Source of the DNA: Octopus sinensis
Lineage: Eukaryota
Assembly (NCBI RefSeq): GCF_006345805.1
Contig: NW_021826356.1
Location: forward strand, 1-12,954
DNA: 12,954 nt
Reading direction: 5' to 3'
Below, piece after piece: positions 7,746 to 12,954 of this stretch. The position numbers and the translations under genes are program-made. How positions within the stretch are numbered: the first letter of the stretch is position 1; each line of letters begins with the position of its first letter. The notes below the pieces were generated by a model. That model was not told where the DNA came from, did no database searches, and saw only the letters and a list, made by a program, of their open reading frames with translations.

Positions 7746-8520
7746 GATGATGATGATGATAATAATGATGATGATGACGGTGATGGTGATGGTTGTGGTG
7801 ATAACGATAACGGTGGAGGTAATGATGGGGATGAGGGAGAGGACGACGCTGATGATGACACTGATGATGGTGATGACGGTGATGCTGCTGCTGTTGCTGT
7901 TGTCGATGATGACGATGACGACGAGGATAATGATGATGATCATGATGACGAGGTTGATGTTTATGATGATGATGATGACGATGATGAGGAGGATAAAGAT
8001 GATGATGATGTGATGATGATGATGACGATGATGATGATGAAGGTGATGAAGGTGAAGATGATGATGATGATGAGGATGATGATGATGATTATAAGAATGA
8101 TGATGATGATGATGATGATGAGGATGATGATGATGATGATGATGATGAGGATGATAAAGATGATGAGGAGGATAAAGATGATGATGATAATGATTATGAT
8201 GATGATGATGATGATAAAGGTGATGAAGGTGATGAATATGATGATGAGGATGATGATACAGATGTTGCTGCTGATGATGATATTTGTGATGCTGGCGTTG
8301 GAGGAGATGGCGATAAATGATGCTGCTGCTGCTACTGATACTGACGATGTTGCTGGTGGTAATGGTGGTGATAATGATGACAGCGATGACGATGACAACG
8401 ACGTTCACGACGATGATGAAGAAGAAGATGATGATGATGATGATGACTCTGACGATGATAATTAAGATTAAGATGACAGAGGTGATAATAGGAAGAATGG
8501 CGATGGTGATGGTAGTGACC
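7746..8520. repeat. Long degenerate (GAT)n trinucleotide tract with GGT/GAC/GCT variants
   Basis: Read directly; it produces the poly-M/D/H/I ORFs at 7728-8729. Confidence 0.95.
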
Positions 8521-8814
8521 ACGGGGCGCAGCGGAGGTGTTTGTGTTGGTGAAACTCTCTTCTTTAATATTCCTCTGATAATATCGTATTTGTGTGTGCG
8601 ACTCGTTTTGAAAAAAATAAAATAAAATAAAATAAAATAAAATAAAATGAAAATAGAAAAATCCAACAAATAAAATAAACAAATACAAAACACAAAAAAC
8701 AAAACAAACAAACAAAGAAGCAAAACCAATTTACTCTGTGTAATCTTGAAATTCTGCAGATACGATTACCTATATTTGGTCAATAGGGATCTTTGGTAAC
8801 AAGATTTTCTAACT

Positions 8815-8973
8815 AAACACACACGCACGCGCACGCAACCACACACACACACACACCACACACACACAGCACACACACACAGTATATATATATGCACATA
8901 TATATATATGTATATACATATATGTATTTATATAATATGCATGTATATATATATATATATATATGTATGTACA

Positions 8974-9004
<31 letters not shown>

Positions 9005-9108
9005 CATATATAATATATATATACATACTACATACATACATACAATATATATACCTACATACATATATATACATATATAATACATACATACATACATATT
9101 ATATATAT

Positions 9109-9140
<32 letters not shown>

Positions 9141-9154
9141 CATGTATATATACA

Positions 9155-9186
<32 letters not shown>

Positions 9187-9249
9187 CATATATACATACA
9201 TACATACATATATATATAATACATACATATATAATACAGATATACATAC

Positions 9250-9311
<62 letters not shown>

Positions 9312-9372
9312 ATATAATACATACATATATACATATATATACATAATATATATATATATGTATATATTTATT

Positions 9373-9413
<41 letters not shown>

Positions 9414-9420
9414 TATATAT
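8815..9420. repeat. (CA)n then long (TA)n/(TACA)n tract
   Basis: Read directly. Confidence 0.97.
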
Positions 9421-9619
9421 TGATGCACTATGGTAGTGGTGTTGAGGTGCTGGAGGCGCTGTTAATGGTGGCGGTGCGGTGCCGGTTCCACTGATTCTTC
9501 CATATTTACAAAGACCGTTTATAGAATGGTAAAGGCTCTCCTCTTTTTTTATTTATTTAAAAATCCATTAGATGTTGATAATACATACATTTTAAGCAAT
9601 ATCTGCCTTATCTTATTTC

Positions 9620-9838
9620 TATCTCATCTAATCTGATGTCCTCTTTCACGTTTTTACCTTTCCTTCTTTGTTACCCATCTTTCTATAATTCCTAGTTTTC
9701 ATTCATTCATTCATTCTTTGGAATTCTCTTTTATTCTTTCCCTTTTCTCTGTTTCTCATTTTATTTTCTATTTCTTGCTTGATTTTCTTTCTTTTCTTTT
9801 TACTTTCTTCCTTTTTTCCTCCATTCGTTTCTCTTTCA

Positions 9839-9905
<67 letters not shown>

Positions 9906-10080
9906 TCCTTCCTTCCTTCTTTCTTTCTCCCTCTCTCCTCCCTCTCTTCCTCTCTCACATCGTTCAGTTTCTCTTATTCTTTATTACATTTTCTAACTAC
10001 ACCAGTTTCCTACACCCACTTTCATTTACATTTTCTCGTTCCATTCTCCTCTGTTGCATCTTTCACATTTTCCCCGCCTC
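9620..10080. repeat. Polypyrimidine tract with a pure (TTTC)n core at about 9836-9905
   Basis: Almost exclusively C/T on the + strand, with about 17 TTTC units. Confidence 0.93.
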
Positions 10081-10081
10081 T

Positions 10082-10174
10082 TCACACACACACAGACAAA
10101 CACACACACACAAACATACATACATACATACATACATACATACATACATACATACATACATACATACATACACA
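10082..10174. repeat. (CA)n/(ATAC)n microsatellite
   Basis: Read directly. Confidence 0.95.
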
Positions 10175-11099
10175 TAGAAGTATTCATAGCACTATATTAT
10201 TTGACAGTGTATATATCCACATATTTAGTTTCACAAACAAAAGCGTAACACTCAATACACACCGCAAAGGATGTTGGGATACATTGATACAGTGATATCG
10301 CATTCAATCTATCTTTAGATTCATTGCACCTCTCACACACATCCTTCTGTCATAAGTAGCACTCTGTAGATCTCTCAAATCGCTCCAAGTTTTGGGTCTT
10401 AATGGCACCGAAGAGTTCTCCTGGCGAAAGCACGGCCTTAGCTTAGCTAGGAGCGGATCCATCCCAGCGATTGATCCTTATTTTGAGAGCCAGAATGCAC
10501 TTAACCTCAAACAATTAATAACACTAAAAAAAAACTCGAGTGAGGCTTACAAAAGAGAATTTTTCTCACATCTGTGACGCTTCCACAGCTGCACACATGG
10601 ACCCCACCACAAAAAAAACAAAACAAACAAACCCAAAACAAAACAAACAAACAAAAAAGACAAAAACAAAAAACAAGACAAATGACTGATTGGCACAAAT
10701 TCACCCAGAAAAGCTGCAGCAACTGTCCCAGGGGCATAATGTCTCGTTTTTTCTGTTTTTTTTTTCTACAAATACTATAATAACCTCTACCCCTCAGAAC
10801 TGGCTGGGCTCGGGCAACTTCCACTCACCCGTTCCCGACCCACCCATTTCTCATTTTCTCGCCACTCTTCAAGCACCTATAGCAATGACAACAACATCAT
10901 TCATGAAACTAACGGATATCATAGAAAAGATTGCTTTGGCCTCAAGGAAGGAAAAACAAGCGAACTTTCTGTAGTTTGAATGGCGTTCTGTTACATGAAC
11001 GATATAAGCATCCGCTGCTAGAAGATCGAATGACAGAAGAAATTTCAGTGGAAGAGGGAGAAGGCCGCCGATGGAGGGACAAAAAGGAAAAGATAAAGT

Positions 11100-11314
11100 T
11101 AGGTTCCTGAGTCATGCCAGGCTCATAAGGGCCGGTTTCCTGTTTTCGATGGCCTATAAATTCCCCACCTGAACGGGCCCAGCGGTCCGTCGCAGGGTTA
11201 TTCATTTTTGCCAGCTGAGTGGACCGGAGCAACGTGAAATGAAGTGCCCGGTCAGGAATCGAAATCACAATCTTACGATCATGAGTCCAACACCCTAACC
11301 ACTAAGCCACGCCT
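11100..11314 (-). mobile_element. tRNA-headed SINE, sub-type C (B-type head, different V-domain-like body)
   Basis: Minus-strand head AGGCGTGGCTTAGTGGTTAGGG (A box) and GATTTCGATTCCT (B box). It shares CACGTTGCTCCGGTCCACTCAGCTGGCAAAAATGAAT with sub-type B, then diverges into AACCCTGCGACGGACCGCTGGGCCCGTTCAGGTGG, similar to the V-SINE motif CCCTGCGATGGACTGG (recall). Confidence 0.75.
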
Positions 11315-11550
11315 CTGATGGAGTTACAGTGAGAGTAGGGATCATAATTGGGTGTGCTGACACCGATAGGAGTTGTGAGTCCACAGAACATTTTGTATGC
11401 TTTATGATGCAAATTGCTTCACCTCTGATACACGCGTGAGTTGCGAGTACATTAAGAAAAATGCAGGTACAAATGCAGGGGGCAGCATGAGCAAAAAGCT
11501 TCAATATATGTGCAGCAACAACTCCGTAGAAACAGACTGATACTCCGTCA

Positions 11551-11853
11551 GTTACGACGACGAGGGTTCCAGTTGATCCGATCAACGGAACAGCCTGCTC
11601 ATGAAATTAACGTGCAAGTGGCTGAGTACGCCACAGACACGCGTATCTCAGGGAGATTCAGATTGATACAGAATGTGACAAGGCTGGCCCCCTTTTAATT
11701 ACAGGTACAATTCATTTTTACAAGCTGAGTGGACTGGAGCAATAAAGTGAAATAAAGTGTCTTGCTCAAGGACACAACGCGTCGCCGGGAATTGAACTCT
11801 TGACCTTACAATCGCGAGTCGAATACCCTAACCAATAAGCCATACACCTTCAC
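11551..11853 (-). mobile_element. tRNA-headed SINE, sub-type B (better-preserved copy)
   Basis: Minus strand: A box TGGCTTATTGG, B box GAGTTCAATTCCC, CORE-like TGTGTCCTTGAGCAAGACACTTTATTTCAC. Colinear with 1233-1536. Confidence 0.9.
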
Positions 11854-12220
11854 CGTAGAAACAACGGTGTGTGTATGCGGTCGCTTGACCTGTTAGAAAC
11901 AGCTGTAAGAGCTGGCTGGGTTCATGTCACTTCTACTCATGCGTTCCTGGTCCACTCATGTCTGCTCCTCCCGTCACCCTTACTGGGTTCACCTTCCCAG
12001 GACCCGACTAATCTCTATGTCCAGTTCTCCCGTCTCAGAGGTCAGCCTTATGGAATTGCTTTCCCAGTCGTACCTTAACTCTGCATCAATCTCAACGGTC
12101 AGGGAGGGCGGCCTGTGAGGGTCATAGATATCATCCTTTCATCTTCACCAAAAAACAGAAAACAAAAATGAAACGGCAAAAAACCAAGAAAACTATCAAA
12201 CGCTGTTTATCATTTTGTTG

Positions 12221-12570
12221 TATTCTTCGTTCATTTGTCTCAGTTATTGGGCTGCGGCCATGCTGGGGCACCACCTTAAAGATTTAGTCAATCAAAGTAT
12301 TTATTTTAAGTCAGGTTCATGATCAATCATCACTGTTTGCCGAACAATTACAAGGGACACAAAGAAACCAACAGCGGTTTTTCAAATGGTGAGAGACAAA
12401 TACAAAGAAATACACACACACACACACACACACACGTGACGGACTTCACAAAGTTTCTGCTTATCGAGGTATAATTCGGTCTACGGCTATAATGGAAGAC
12501 TGTGGCCCACGTTGCTGAGCAGTGGGACTGAACTTCAGACCACATGACTACTATGATAACGTCTTACACA
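12221..12570 (-). mobile_element. Diverged sub-type A SINE with internal (CA)n
   Basis: GCTGCGGCCATGCTGGGGCACCACCTT, TTTGCCGAAC, (CA)n at 12413-12434 and GCAGTGGGACTGAAC (reverse of B box plus CCACTGC) all match sub-type A in order. Confidence 0.8.
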
Positions 12571-12573
12571 CAA

Positions 12574-12604
<31 letters not shown>

Positions 12605-12655
12605 CCTGAGTCATTAAGTAAAAATGTACTAAAAGGTACCTCAGTAACATGACCC

Positions 12656-12951
12656 GATTTTTCGTCCGATGTCACTTCGTCCCACATCACTTCGTCCCAC
12701 ATCACTTCGTCCCACATCACTTCGTCCCACATCACTTCGTCCCACATCACTTTGTCCCACGTCACTTCGTCCACGTCTTTTGTTCCGACGTCTTTTTGTC
12801 CGATGATTTTTTTGTCCAACAACTTTTTGCCCAATTTTAAATAAAATCTTCAGAAAACAAGGTGAACATCAAAATCAAATAATCATTGAGGATTTCATTG
12901 ATAGGATTTGTCAATAGGACAAAAAAACCATCGGATAAAGTGACGTCGAAA
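12656..12951. repeat. 15-bp tandem array with an inverted arm; probable foldback/MITE-like element cut by the window edge
   Basis: About 11 units of RTCACTTCGTCCCAC (well conserved at 12671-12774, degenerate outward). 12915-12951 is the reverse complement of 12783-12819 (31/37), with a 95-bp spacer. Confidence 0.8.
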
Positions 12952-12954
12952 AGG

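Noticed and set aside
7728-8729. 333-aa His/Ile-rich ORF and the overlapping poly-Met/Asp ORFs
   Set aside because: The (GAT)n/(ATC)n tract is open in several frames. No domain and no convincing splice boundaries. The short unique part (RNIKEESFTNTNTSAAPRG) is not enough to call an exon.
9420-9545. GC-rich island reading [39 protein letters not shown] on the minus strand
   Set aside because: No pyrimidine-rich acceptor; composition fits a decayed GGT/GCG repeat.
10360-10577. LRR-like SLKSLQVLGLNGT in a short + strand frame
   Set aside because: A single LRR-like motif that can arise by chance, with an in-frame stop just upstream and no repeats of the motif.
11030-11115. GRRWRDKKEKIKLGS* resembling the start of a LINE AP-endonuclease domain
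   Set aside because: The similarity ends at a stop and overlaps the tail of the sub-type C SINE; no further endonuclease motifs.
12535-12840. Pentapeptide-repeat ORFs (DEVMW)n and (PHHFV)n
   Set aside because: A consequence of the 15-bp DNA repeat; the ORF continues into SINE and microsatellite sequence.

Overview
AT-rich, microsatellite-dense, non-coding eukaryotic DNA. The SINE families and the (TA)n/(TACA)n/(GAT)n load suggest an octopus (coleoid cephalopod) intron or intergenic region; this taxon call is from recall, not a search. No protein-coding gene can be supported: nearly all ORFs in the track are read-throughs of simple repeats. The window holds seven tRNA-headed SINE copies in three sub-types, a 3' stub of a Dong/R4-type retrotransposon inside a (TAA)n array, a probable decayed hAT-like element (about 5564-7449) with nested insertions, and a 15-bp tandem array with an inverted arm at the right edge. 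The most notable feature is 5993-6404: 1.4 tandem copies of a 296-bp, highly structured unit with a type I hammerhead ribozyme motif (6195-6241) at the tip of a long hairpin. This is the architecture expected of a non-LTR retrozyme or a Penelope-derived non-autonomous element copied from a small circular RNA. A 48-bp hairpin (6451-6560) and a ~150-bp inverted repeat spanning 1.3 kb (3719-3866 / 5202-5340) are further dsRNA candidates.
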